From NCBI GenBank assembly GCA_036867785.1, contig CP145410.1, positions 558,001 through 622,000 on the forward strand: a DNA stretch of 64,000 bases, in the 5' to 3' direction. Made by a program: the position numbers and the translations under genes. A model generated the notes under the pieces. That model was not told where the DNA came from and did not search any database. It saw only the letters and a list, made by a program, of their open reading frames with translations. Position 1 is the first letter of the stretch. The number at the start of each line of letters is the position of its first letter. The DNA comes from Plasmodiophora brassicae. Taxonomy: Eukaryota. Below, in pieces: positions 1 to 13,119 of the stretch.

Positions 1-731
1 AGAACAGAGCACTCCAGCCAAACATCACGGGACCCGTCAGCGACATGCTCTAAACGACTCCTTCAATCGCTGGTCAGAAATGAAACAGCATAAGCGTCCT
101 GACTGGCGAACGAATCGATCAGGTCGGGAATATAATGAAGAAAGGTGGCGGTACGTCGAACGAGAACCTACACACATACGGTCAGGTATGGCAACCAAAC
201 GAAGCGAGCGCGACCCGCACTACATATGTTGGCTCGGGCGGGCCGACCGATGTCAGATCCAATGATGATAGCTCAAAGCGGACAGGAATGTGCCCCCGAC
301 GAACCCGACTGCCAATCGCAGCCGCATCGTCCATCACCGCCGGACTGGCATCTTCCGATCGGCCCCGAACTCCGTCCATGGGAAGCAGTGCTATGTACAT
401 AGGTAGGTGGAACGCGAAAGCGATTATTTACCTACCTAACCTTCCCAGATGCATTTCGTATTGGCATCCCTGTATTCAGCACGCTTCTGGCAAATATGCC
501 GAAATCTAGCGCTTGTTTATTGCACAACCATCGCTAAGGGGTTGCTCGAATGTCCCGTTCAGCGGGTATGCAAGAAAGGCAGACGCCCATCGTCCAGACA
601 TCTCTCAAATTTGTCGGCACAGCACTAGAGGGGACGTAACAGACCGCATTCCGTTTCGTTAGTGAATACAATACATACTAGGGATATTTATGAGGGCGAA
701 GTTGCAGCTAGATACTTCAAGGTGAACAAAG

Positions 732-2224
732 TCATTCCTGGGGTTTCGTGTTGCGCTTCCGTTTGCGGGCCGGGGCATCGTCCAGGGACGCTTGATCATG
801 GAGACGAATACCTCTGACTTCATCTGTAAGGTGGGCGATCGCGATCTCTTGTTGGGCGCATTTCGTCCTCAGGTGATCGCGCTCATTCTTGACGACCTCG
901 AGCTCCTCCTTGACCTGAGCGAGGCCCACTTCAGAAGGCGACTGACGAAGTCTGGCAGCTTGTAGACGCTGCACGTAGATCTCATGGGCAGCCAGATCAT
1001 CCCAGTCGTAAATCCAATCTAACGAAGCAGGCTTATAACGAGGAAAGCGCAGGAAACGTCCAAATGTTCAAACCGTATTCATAGCCTACACGTGGCTGTT
1101 AGCGATACCCCGATAGGATACATCGAATCGCAAACCCACTAGACCTTGCTTCCGAAAGAGAGAATCGAAAAGGCTCTTGAGAAAGAAGTAGTCAGGCTTC
1201 TCGGTGAACGAAAGCTTAGAGCAGTACTTCAGGTACGTAGCAAACTCGTCTGTATAGTAACCAAAAGAATAAATGAGTGAAACCTGATCGCTGAGGACGG
1301 CTTACGAGGCGAATCTTTGCAAAGCTCATCGATTGAAGTTTCCAGTTTCTTCTTGCCAATCTTGTCGTACTTCTCCTGTTTGGTTGCTGCCTTCAAGCCT
1401 TGCCAAGGAAGGGAACCCCGACTGAAATACATGAGCATGTACCCCAGCGACTCCAGGTCGTCTCGTCGCCCCTGCTCAGAGCCGTTGTGGGTGTTGATGC
1501 TTGCATAGCGTGGCGTTCCGGTCAGCTTCTTGTTCGTTTTGAAAGGGATATGCCGCCTTGTCTTAACATCGCGATACCGTTTGCATAGACCCATATCCAC
1601 CATGTATATGACGTGAGAATCGACAGGGTGGGACCCGACCAGGAAATTATCCGGCTTGATGTCGCGATGTAGGAAGAAGTTGCCATGGAGGTATTCTATT
1701 CTATCAATCTAAAATTGGCAGATTACCAACCGGTACACAAGTGTAGCAGATTCGAACGTACGAGCTGGATTGCTATCATTAAGATTGTCTTCATAGAGAA
1801 ACATCTCTGCCACGATGCAGTTATCAGATCAGCACATGACGAAAACCTCCACACGTAATACGGAGCAGATGTTGAATAAACTTTCAAGGCTTTGGCCAAG
1901 CAGGTCCATAATCATGACATTGTGATGAGATGTGACCCCGAAGTAGTGCACCTTGGGAACTCCCATGCCCTTCTTTATTGCACCATACACCTTGTACTCG
2001 TAAAACAACTGAGGATTCTTCGTATCTATTGTCTCCTTGTATTGCAGCGTCAGTATGATCGGTGGTAAGACGGGACACTGACCCACCATTTTAGCTGCAT
2101 ACTTCTCGCCAGTCTGTACGTCGGTGGCCAGGTATAACTCACCGAACGACCCCTGGCCGATCTTCTCACCGATTCGACATCCGCCGACGATGACATCGGT
2201 GCAGGGTGATGGCATACCCGCCAT
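732..2224 (-). CDS. CK1: Casein kinase 1 (multi-exon) with coiled-coil, basic C-terminal tail
   Basis: Spliced exons give [94 protein letters not shown]1 signature motifs. Confidence 0.95.
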
Positions 2225-2955
2225 CCCGCTCGAACCACAGTGACAGCAGACGCTCCACCGTCACTCTTCGGGCGTTCGGCCCTCTGACAGTCCCCCAAAA
2301 AAACAACAACAGCAAACCGATGCTGCCGTAAAATTACAACGCGGCCTGGGACCTACATATAGCATACTGTAGTCGGCAGACGTGTGCACTTTCAGCAGTT
2401 CATCAACCTGTATATATTTACCCACGTACTTGTAGATGCGAGCCGAATTCCTGAACTTGCGGACGTGATCGTGGTCAGATTCGCGCATTTGGCAGTGCGC
2501 GAAATTCCGACCGCGTCTCGTAAGGCTTGCTCGGCTGACCTGGTTATTTGACGTCCTTGGACTGCCTGTTCCTTGACAACGCCGGCAAGACAACAGTGAG
2601 CAATATACTTACAATGGTCCTCACAAGAGACGCCAAAAACACGTACGCCTGCACCAAATGGTAGTGGCGTAAATATGCTCCTTCGACCCGGCAAGGCATC
2701 CACAGGGAGTACGCCTCCACTAGTGGAGGTCCAACCCCCTTTGTAGGTCCAATCCCCTTATGATGTATTACCTACATGATTTCATCGCTCTGTGTGGATC
2801 GGTAGCACCAATTCAAGACGTTTGATCTACTTCCTGATGTTTTGAGTCCCTGCGCATATTGCTTTCTTCACATCAATTGAGTTGTCCACGTGGTTGATGA
2901 ATCCGGCTCGGCCCGGTTTCAGGAGAGCAGACACGGTAGCAGACCTCGCGATACA

Positions 2956-5900
2956 CTATTCTTCAGGGAACTTCTTCAGAGCTGTCCCAGCTTCTTGCCA
3001 CAGAAAGGTTAGCGGCGACTCGTTTCTTGCTCTGGCCAACAAGATTGGCCTGTCTGAAGACGCCAGCGAAGACGAATGACGGCATTTCGTCATGCTCGAG
3101 TGCAAAGAGGGTCATCGTCTGCATGATCCTTTTTGTTCATTGGAACTAACTGTTCATGTGCAGCATAATTGTCGATCTGCGTATCACCGTCCAGATGCGC
3201 CATCGCTCGAAAGTATATAGACGTGTTTAATATTGCCATGGGGGTCATATTGCCATGGCAGTCGTTAGTATAGCGCACCGGTGTACATCTAGGAAACAGT
3301 CAGATGCGTCTATCTACCGATCTTGTGAAACGCAGAAGATCATACGTGATCTTCGTAATCCTCGTCATCCAGATCCAAATCCTAATATGATGACAGCTTA
3401 ATCATTTTCGCATTTCCGATCCTGCAAGTGTTCACACCTGGGTCGTTCGTTCGGGCAGGTCGAAATCGAGTCGCAGAATGTTGTCGATGCGAAACCTCGG
3501 GTTGGTATTGCCTAAAGCGCAGGCAATCCGCGAGTATTCAGACAAGGGACGGATCTGCCCAGGGACGACGGATGCGGGTCGTTTCGCTGCCCTGTATAGA
3601 AAGAGTGTGAATATAGCAATTTCTTCTTGGCGAATGACCGTACAAATTAAGAGCCTCGAAATCGGGAGGGTTGACTTTACAGGTTCCTGTATCTTCATCG
3701 TATTCGATTCGGTTTCGGATCTGAGCAACAGTTCCGTTCAATACCACGACGAGTAATGCCGAGCAAGAATTTCGCACCTTTTCAATTAGCTGTGGGGATA
3801 CGAAATTCTCGATGATGAGAGTTTTGAGCTGGAGCTGCCTTGACAAGTCTCGACTAGTCTCCAGCATGGTTTCACCTACCCATTGTCAATAACGATCCCG
3901 CTAGCAACACTGCTGGACGCTAACGTTCGAGCTGAAGCTCGGCCTGGGCATCGACGATCTCCTGCTTGATGTCCGAGTATTTCTCGCGAACCTTTTTCAA
4001 TTTCTCGGTGACACGCTTAACCTCGGCCTCCTGGCTGTCGTACTGCCCGGACACGTCGTCAGTAACCAGGTATAGTCGGGCGCATGCCGAGAGACCTTCT
4101 TCGCGATCTCCATCTGTGCCTCTTCTTTCTGACGCAGCAACCGCATCTTCAGCTCTTCTTCACGCTATAACATCAGATAAGTTGGCCGCCAAACAAGAAT
4201 TTGGCTTCGCTACTAGGTACCCGGGCTTTCTCAAGGTTGTGCTGCTTCTCCTGAAGGTCATGTGCGCGACGTTTCGCCTCGTCGATGATCTGCGACCCAT
4301 GAAGAAGTTTCTTTTCAATCCCCCCAAGCTTGTTCATGAGCTTTTCCCTTTCCAAGCGCTCTTTTTCCAGGCCGGATTGCTTTGATTTCAATTCCTCTTC
4401 TTTCCTTCTTGATTCAGACGCCGCCTGGATGGACTCGGCCATCATAAGTTCCTTATCAGCGCGCGCCTTCTGCGCAAAGGCCTCTCGTTCCCGAGCCCGC
4501 TCGAGTTCCATTTTCTTCAGCTGACTAGGGTCGACGCCCGCCTTTTCAACCACTCGTTCTACAACTTTCTGTACCACAGTCGTGTTGCCGTCAACGACTG
4601 CTCCCTGTACAAAAGTGTCACAACGAGCACTCGTGCCGACTAACAAATACTACCATTCCAGGAGACATAGCTAATTGCCCTTCTGACTGCAACAGCTCTT
4701 TCAGTTTGCGAATTTCCTCTTGGTAGAGCCGCAGCTGTGCATCTTTGGGATCTTCGTTAATTGTCGGCTTATTCTGAATATGCTTTGCGCGCGAGGCAAA
4801 TCTGAGCAGGGATACCCATCAGAACTGGTAGCGCTGTATGCTGCCAAAGCGAACATACCTCAAAGTACTAGTCGTCTCTTCGAAATTGTAGGCGGCGGGG
4901 CCGATATTCGCTATCATGGTCTATAGGGGGCATTTTACACACATACGTCTACATCCACTGTTTCCCGCTATCTATACCGTTTTCGTGTTGCCGCCAAGCG
5001 AATCTTGTAGCAAACGCGTCAGCTTGCTGTTACGATATGGGACATGTGTCTGCCTACAGATATCCAATGTCATCGATTGCGCAGTACAAGTTGCAGAGTG
5101 CGCTTACGTCTTTGACGTCAGAGCGCGGATAACATTGCCAAGAGCAGACAGCGATAGGTTGATTTTGGTTGCTTCTTGGAGGCGTACGCCCTGTGGAGCA
5201 ACGCCATCAGAGGCTAATGAGGTTGACACCACTTTCAGATTTACAGTGGCGCCCGTTTTCGACTGCCGTTCACTTCCAGCAAGGTCGACCAGGTTGAGCT
5301 TTCCGGCCCTACCCAGCATTGTCAGCATTGGAAGTAACCTCAATGATACGTCTTACCGAATGTGGGACGTTCCGTCTTCGTAAGTTTCGCTTGTCTCGAC
5401 AGTGATTCTAAAGATGCAGTGCGATCGGGACGAGTGGCGGTTCATGTTGGTCTCCCCAACTTTCCTTTTCCGCTGCCCTTGCTAGTTTCCAGTTCTTAGA
5501 TGAGGATCCTGTTCGGTCAGATCGTCAAGCAACTAACCAGTAAACATTGATGAATGCGCTTCGCGTTCTCGACAGCAACGTTCTCCAGTCCTTTGACGTA
5601 TACCCCGCGATCAGCATCCTCTTTCAAGTCCAGTAATGCATTGGGATCATTGTCCTCAGAAAGCAGGTCGCGGATCGTGTCATTGTAAATTTCAATGAAC
5701 GATACAGTGACCAGAAACGTCTAATGGCGCTAGTTAGCGCATGCAGATACCATAACGGGGAAGGAGATTACTTTTGAGGAATTCTGGTTGGATTCTATAC
5801 GATCAAAGATGTGATGTATCGATCGGGGAATGATTCCTTGATGGTCGGGTGGATCCAACGCGCCCTGGAACGGTATGTTAAGGCATGTCCTTATGGATGT

Positions 5901-6460
5901 GACAATTCAAAGATAACCTCCATGGTCCACGTCTTTCCCGTTCCAGTCTGTCCGAAGGCAAATATTGTGCCTGTGAAACTCGTCAATGTCTGGCCAATGG
6001 ACGTCAACAAGACGGGCCTCACCGTTGTACCCTTCCATGACGCTGTCGACGATGGGGCTGGCTGTGTCTTTATATATTTGCTCTTGAGTATCGCTGTTTG
6101 CTATTGTGAGAACAACATCGTCGCCGATAGACCCGCAGGCGCGTACCTTGAGCCAAACACAATATCGTACGTCCAAACTCGCCCTCGCTCGGACGGGTCG
6201 GGAGCCTCATCCGGCTTGTGGACAACGATTTGACCCATTTTCTTATCAATGTCCACAATACTGTGCCGTTGATAACGATGTCAAACAACCTTTCCTAGCA
6301 GAATTTCGTTCGCCTACCTGCGGTGGCCCTGCTCAATCTCTTTCGAGCTCATCGGACGGCACCGAATCGCAACTTGCACGCATTCGCCGCCGACTGTCCC
6401 GGCCGGCGAACCGGCGATCGCCACATCGTCGTCGCCAGCCACGATATTGTCGTCCGCCAT
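2956..6460 (-). CDS. Kinesin-2 (KIF3/FLA10-like) motor subunit, multi-exon; 3' end uncertain
   Basis: ATG 6460 MADDN...[11 protein letters not shown]; motor motifs [65 protein letters not shown]; coiled-coil stalk; kinesin-2 tail RPLSEYSR...[21 protein letters not shown]. Stop codon not resolved (candidates near 2956-2965). Confidence 0.9.
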
Positions 6461-6742
6461 TCGTCCCCGTTATCAGTCAGTCTCTCGGATCGACAGGGCG
6501 TACTCCAACGCCATGCCGCTCGCCTAGGTAGGTGGATGCAGGTCGCTCCGCAGGCACGCGCCGTCACTGATTACGGCAACGTGCACGTACATAGGTATAG
6601 AACATCGGACAAGACATATTCCTGGTCAAACTCAGTTGACTGCGTGCTTCCGTCATCGCGAGTCGTTTGACTCAGTTTTGCCAAGAACGCCGACTGGGTA
6701 GGCGAGGGGGGCCCGCGTTGTCCGCGGAGGTAGCCATTGACC

Positions 6743-7291
6743 ATGTTCGGAGCGTTCCTGTTCCGTCCGTTCCAGCCGCATGTGCAGTTCGTCCGGTGGG
6801 CGACGAAGAAGGCGGCCGGGTCGACCAAGAACGGCCGCGATTCGCCGGGGCAGCGCCTGGGCCTGAAGAAGTCGGGCGGGCAGTCCGTGTTCCAGGGCCA
6901 GATCATGTAACGGGGATTTGCATCTGTCGTTCACGCCGAGTGTAGTCTGATGTGCCGCTGAACGTATGGTAGAGCTCGCCAGCGTGGGACGAAATGGCGC
7001 GCGGGGGAAGGTGTTGGGATTGGGCGCGACCATACTCTGTTCGCTCTACGTGAGGGACAGCTACGATTTCACTACCATCCGCACTTGAAGAAGACCTGGG
7101 CGTTCGTTGAACCGTTTGTTGATTGCGGTGGTACTGCACCTGTGACGCGTGCTGCATGGAAGCGTCGCGAGATTGTTCAAGAGAAGAAGGCGCGTGCAGA
7201 CGCGAAGAATGAGCACCGTGCTGGTCGCGTACAGTTGCTGCAGGAAATTGACGCGTTCAACCTCGAGAAGATGACGGCTCCGTCGTCATAG
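6743..7291 (+). CDS. MRPL27: Mitochondrial ribosomal protein bL27m (2 exons)
   Basis: [10 protein letters not shown]...[37 protein letters not shown], intron ~6908-6973, [25 protein letters not shown]; classic L27 motifs with a short presequence. Exon 1 is absent from the ORF track. Confidence 0.93.
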
Positions 7292-7613
7292 TCTGCTTGA
7301 TGCGCTATGTGAACTGAACCTAGGCCTGTACGCTAATGCATACAACGCGTGAGGAACGAGTGGTTTGTTATTCAGAGAAACAATTTGTTGTTCCTAGAGC
7401 GACGGTTGAATATGTTGCCTTCGAGAAACACCGTATCAGGTGCCGAACTGGTCATGGTCAACATCGCGAACAATGTTCGAATGGGCGGTAGAAACTAACG
7501 AATGGGCGGAAGAACTATAATTTCAGACACCTGCGGGAACGCGACGTACTGCCCAGAGCCCACGACAGCGGAAGCTGCAGTTGGCGGCGCAGTTTGCGGA
7601 AGCGCTAATCAGC

Positions 7614-9028
7614 ATGTTGACGAGTCGTCTCAGCGCGTTTATTGCCGACTACCGTCGGCGTGTGGGCGTTCGCCAACACTTCCTGCGCCTCCAGAAGGTG
7701 CTGGACGGTAAGAAGAAGGTTGTAACGCGATCGAAACAGGTGCGGGTTCGGTCCGATGGTCTGCTGTCGATGCCGACAAGGTTGATCCGTACGATTGAAA
7801 CCCTTCCTGGACACGTGAGGCGCTGTGGAATTGCGGTACATGGGAGCATTCATGGACTGAGGGATTTTGGATCTTCCATGGCAATTGGGTTTGCAACGAG
7901 AACAGTACGGATCGCAATGCTTTAGAGCTCCATGGTGATCTGATGACGTCCTAAGTGTAGGCAGCACTCGGTAACGATGCAGTTGATAGGAACAGAGCTC
8001 GTTACCGGACCAGGGATGCTGCTGCGGATGCATTGCATCGGCGGGGAATTCCTGGCTTACAGTACGTGTTTACGTTGACACCGCCAGTCCTGTTCATGAG
8101 CCCCATCGATATCCACAACGAAATCAATTGTGTTCGTGCTCGTATGCTCTATCGTACGAGGGACGTTAAGCATGCCTGCGTCTCAGGCCATGAATACGCT
8201 GGCAAAGTTGGGCAAGGCGAACAGAGACGACCGGGAGCTGATGCCTGGACGGAAGTTGCTAACCATCGATGCAATCTTGAACACGTTGCCTGCGGAGTTC
8301 GTTGCAGAAACGCAGACTATGGCAGGCCAGTATGCACTCGGGTTCGTGTCGCACAGCCACTGGTAATTGTTTCGATACTGATATGGGGTGTCAGGTTGTT
8401 TTCAGGATCGATATGGGATGGGTCTGCCCGTACGTTTTACACCTATTTGTCCGGGCTCGAGCGCTTGCGGCAAACTGATCCAGTTCTCGATGACATTCTC
8501 AATTGTCGGAAGCACTTTAATGGGTCTTTCGGAAACGCAACCTATGTCTGTAACGTGCAACGGCAGTCAAACCTGATGCGATTCTTTATCAGTATGTTTG
8601 TCGCACGCCCCTCATTTTCCTCGGTTTGAAATGGCCTCATCGTTCTCCAGGATACACGTTTCCTCGTGAACATTTGAAGCATCTGCCTGAAATAACACGC
8701 ATCTTTGCAAGACTTCTGGATAGTCCAGGGGCTCACATACCCTAATTCGTTGCCAGTTTATGGCCACTTGTGTGCCAACTTGGAAGCAAGCCACGCTGGA
8801 TGGTCGTTGAACGGTCGCCTTAGCGACTAGAGTTCGACACGACGTTTGCGGATCCTCGCAAGAACCAAGGGGCCAGTTGGCAACGAGGAACTCTATGGCA
8901 CCAATCTTGAATACATTGGCGTGCTGAAGCGTCGCGAATTCTCGTTCGATTTATTTCGCGCTCTGGGGTACATGCACCTTAAAATGTTCAGTGATCTGGA
9001 ACGTATACGCCACAGTCGGAAACAATAA
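7614..9028 (+). CDS. Hypothetical multi-exon protein, structure unresolved
   Basis: Series of plus-strand open segments bounded by GT..AG pairs (MLTSRLSAFIADYRRR..., SMPASQAMNTLAKL..., IWDGSARTFYTYL..., ...FSDLERIRHSRKQ*); no family recognised. Confidence 0.35.
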
Positions 9029-10255
9029 TCGGCTGTGTCGGACGTTCGTTAAGCGTAGAAGACTTCCCGATCCGCCTGACGATATCAAGGCCACTGATAA
9101 CCCGACCGAACGCGACTTTCTTGCAGTCCAGATATTCCAGGTCACGCAGCGTTATGAAGAACTGGCTCCCGTTTGAATGGGGTCGGCCTTCGTTGGCCAT
9201 TGACTATTGCCATTACATTTGAAATCGGCCGTCAAAAGTTGCGGCTTATCGTTACCAGTATTCCAGGCCTGTCGTGTTTGATTGCGAAACATTCATCTTC
9301 GAAGAAGGACCCAAAGGCACTCTCGCCGCCGTCACCGTTGCCAGTAGCAATATCTATCGCCGCATCGCCTAAACCTGTGGAGGAACCGCATTGTTTCGAA
9401 ACACTTCGACGCACCTCCGCCTTGAATCCAAGCCCCTTTGACGATTCGATCTGCGGCCAGCACTCAGACGTCGTTAAGAATAAATCGCAAACGTTCACGT
9501 ACGAATTGGGCAGCGCGCGTAATGAAGAGGTACGCCATTCGCAGACGCCCCGAGTTCTCCCGTGCACAGCATGCTAAATCGAGCAAGCGTGGACAAACGT
9601 ATTCGTCATCCTTTGCCAAGGCACGTACCGGAAGTTATCACATGCCCTCGGCATGATAGAATGAAAGAGTTCGAAAACGACTGTTCCGATGTTGCTACCC
9701 TCGGCCTCAAACGTCATGTAGACGAATTGGTTTTCCTGTAACATCTTTGAACATGTGGCAGCCCGAGTGCTGTCGAGTTGCAACCTTGCTATTCTTCTTG
9801 CAGTACAAGCTGAGGCTCTCTTTTGCAAGAGCTTCGAAGTCAGGGGTTCCCTCTGTCGGACCCAGGTCGAAACGGGGGGCCGCCCACTGTAGAAGATCGG
9901 CCGTCGTGCCCCCAACCCAACCCAACGAAGAATGGCAAATGAAAACGTCGGGACAGTGGCCGACTATATGAGCTCCATATCTCTGTACCATGTGTCAGGC
10001 GAACAGCGGACCCACCGTCGAATGCCTAACCAATGTCACTTGATGCAGTTCGATATCCCAATCGATATCGAGGACGTCAACGATCTGAACCTTCTGCTGG
10101 TCGCTGGCGACGTCTCGGATTTTCTACATAGGGGGAATTCACGAAAGATCATCTCGAGTGCTATTTGAAAGCTCAGTCACCTGTGCGATTGCCTTGGCCT
10201 CCTGGTAAACTGGTGACAGCATGCGGCCACTGACGACCAGTGTTCCCGTCGACAT
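8988..10255 (-). CDS. PPIL6: Cyclophilin-type PPIase with N-terminal extension, PPIL6/RSP12-like
   Basis: VVFELFHSIMPRACDNFR, LCTGE, WIQGG-DI, GDGGESAFG, FEDECFAIKHDRPGIL, MANEGRPHSNGSQFFITL, VAFGRVISG; N-terminal extension typical of PPIL6. Confidence 0.8.
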
Positions 10256-10499
10256 GGTTCGACGCTTCGACGTGCTTCTGGGCGCGCCCCAATCGAGTCA
10301 AAACCGTATGCGTGCCAGACGCCACTTCTGCTTCAAGTCACACCTGAACATGTCACACCACAGCTTGACCGTTTTACGCCTCGATACAGCACCAGGGTGC
10401 ATTCGATTCAGACAGCGCTTGTCGCATATCGTAAACGTGTGCAGCAAAGGCTGAACAGCGTAGGATATAAGTACCTGCAGCGACTCCACGTTGGGCGAA

Positions 10500-10521
10500 C
10501 CCCCCCCCCCCCCCCCCCCCC
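10500..10521. repeat. C22 homopolymer (G22 on minus strand)
   Basis: Directly visible run between the divergent PPIL6 and CocE genes. Confidence 0.95.
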
Positions 10522-10831
10522 GCTCCGTTTGTGAATGCAGCACGGCACAAATAGGTTCGTCTGACGCAAAAAGGCTCTGGCTGGCTGTGACGGCGGGGGC
10601 ATTCGGCGAAAATCCCGCTTCCCGAGACTGACAGGTCAGTGCAGTGTCTGTCCGACCGACCCGAGATACGGCAGGTCGAGTACCTACACGCGTGCGTGTC
10701 CCTCCCCTTGGTCGACCGTACTTACGTCGTTGGGCGGGCGCGATCTACAGTCCCGGGAGGGCAATCGCACATCGGGCGGGATCGCCAATTTGTTCTCGAA
10801 CGCTGGCAGCGTCAGCTTCGAAGGACGATAC

Positions 10832-12948
10832 ATGCTGGAGACAGCCGGTTCTGTGTTCGGCGTGGCGAGTCCGCTTCTCGTCATTCTTGTCGTAGCGTCG
10901 TTCGCCGTCTATTACCAACGGAGAAACTCAAGGCATAGGCAGCAGTGCAATCCGTCCAAGCCAAAGAAGATATCGTGGTTCCTGCGCTTTCTCGACCATG
11001 CTTGGTGCTGGTATTCAGGTCTGTCGTTAACGACCTTCCAACACGTACGCGTCGCTGATGGGTCTTGTAATTTGCTTAGGTGAAGCCATATCAATCCTGC
11101 CCGTTCCCGTTTGCTACATCGATCAAGAAACAGTGCCGTTGGATGGCGAAGACGCCGTTCTGGTTCACACCCGATACTTTCCTGAAGGGGCGCAGGACTT
11201 GGCGTTGCCATGTATTCTGATACGCACGCCATACGGGAGGGAATTTCTAGCCCTTTCCGCTGCCCGCTTTGCTTCTCGTGGCTACTGCGTCATTGCTCAG
11301 GACTGTCGTGGTCGCAGTCAGGGGTCGACCGGCGACGAGTTTATCCCTGTCAGCAGGGAACAGAGCGACGGTGTTGCCACTCTGAAATGGATCGAACAGC
11401 AACCGTTCTGCAGTGGGTCCATTGGCATGTTTGGCATGTCCTATCTAGGAATCTGTCAGGTACTGTTGAAACATGACGACAATAAACGTGTGTTAACAGT
11501 ATGTCGGTGGTTGCTGTACAGTGGGCCGTCGTCGACCATGCTCCGGCGTCGCTGAAAGCAATCGTTCCCGTGAACACTGCATCCGATGTGTATTCAGTAT
11601 TGTTTCCCAGGTATGGAGTACGATATTGTCTTGCAACGCGATTTCCCTAATCTGTATGTGTGTGTGTTGTTGTTGTTGTCGTTCAGCTCCGGTGGCAGTG
11701 TGCGCATCGACCTCATCGTGCGTTGGATTTACCTCGTTTTCGTTGTTCGCGAGCGAGACGTATCCGTTGCCCGGCGGCTGTACAGGCGCCTGCGGTTGGC
11801 GTCTGTTACAAAAACAGTCAGCCTTCACATGCCGACCAAAGAGATTGACCGGCGTCTTGTTGGTCGTGACCTGTCGTTCTTCAAGGGTGCCGTCACGTAC
11901 CTAGACGATCGGTCTCATCCGTTTTGGAAGGAGATGAACATCGACGGCATCTGCCGACATCGAGCATTGTCTCCTCCAGCGCTTCTTATTGCAGGATGGT
12001 TCGACATGTTCTTGCAGTCGCAGTTACGCGACTGGCAAGCGCTTCAAGCATCGTCAAAGTCGTCGCATTCCCTTACGATCGGGCCCTGGCATCATTGGCA
12101 GGTGACATCGATGGCCAAGGTTGTTGAAAGCCAAGCGCTTGACTGGTTAGATTCGCATCTCAAAGAAGGCGGCAATGGGCGACTGCCATGGAGGCATCGC
12201 GTCAGAGTCTACGTTGGCGGGATCGATGACTGGATCGGATTAGAAGAGTTTCCTCCTGCTCAGTTCTCGCCAATTCGTTATTTCCTCAACGGCAACTGTC
12301 TGCTGTCAACTGAACCTGAACCCACATCGTTATTCGTCTCCTACGTGTATGATCCGTTACATGACCCGACGCCGGCTTGTGGCGGTGCTTCATTTGACCC
12401 GAATAATGCTGGGTCGAAGCGACAAACGCAATTCGAGCGTCGATCCGATGTGGTCATGTTCACGTCCCGAGCAATGGATGGGCCTGTGGCGATCATTGGG
12501 CTGGTGTCAGCAACGCTTTTCGTCGAGTCGGATGCGAAGAGCAGCGACTGGGTTGCCCGTCTTTGCTACGTCGACAAGAGCGGGGTATCAAGAAACCTCT
12601 GTGATGGGATCAGCCGGGTACCGAGTTCACCCCTGCCGTCGTCAGCAGTGCACCGTGTTGAAATCGGCATGTGGGCCACTGCCCACGTCCTCAAGGCAGG
12701 TGAAAGAATCAGGTTACAGGTCTGTTCTGGAGCACATCCCCGTTTCAGGTATGAAATCACATTCTGGGCAACTTGAGAACCAGTGTGCCAATACCCATGT
12801 TTGTAGCCGCAACTCGGGATCCGGCAAGTGTTTCGATGCGAATTCGCGCTCGTACCATCGAGCCCTACAACGCGTTCATCTATCCCCCGAGTTCCAGTCC
12901 TGCGTCGTCCTTCCCATCTGCCCATACAACGCTCTGCTTACGTCCTGA
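10832..12948 (+). CDS. CocE/NonD family (peptidase S15-like) serine hydrolase with N-terminal TM anchor
   Basis: LIRTPYG, QDCRGRSQGSTG, nucleophile elbow GMSYLG, AGWFD, IGPWHH, YVYDP..PTPACGG, AHVLKAGERIRLQV, HPRFSRNSGSG; hydrophobic LLVILVVASFAVYY near the N-terminus; several introns. Confidence 0.9.
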
Positions 12949-13119
12949 CATTCGTTCCTCATTGTTGTTTATCGCGATATTTATTTCCAACGATAAACGG
13001 CATTAGTCGCCGAGACGGTGACCTCCCCATGGGCCCTGAATCGATACGCGTGACCTGTTACAGCACTACGTGCCGTCATTTCGATATTGGCAGTTCGGGG
13101 ACAGGGGGCCGCTGTCGTG

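Noticed and set aside
1-730. Short ORFs at the window start
   Set aside because: No recognisable motif or consistent splice model; may be the end of a gene outside the window.
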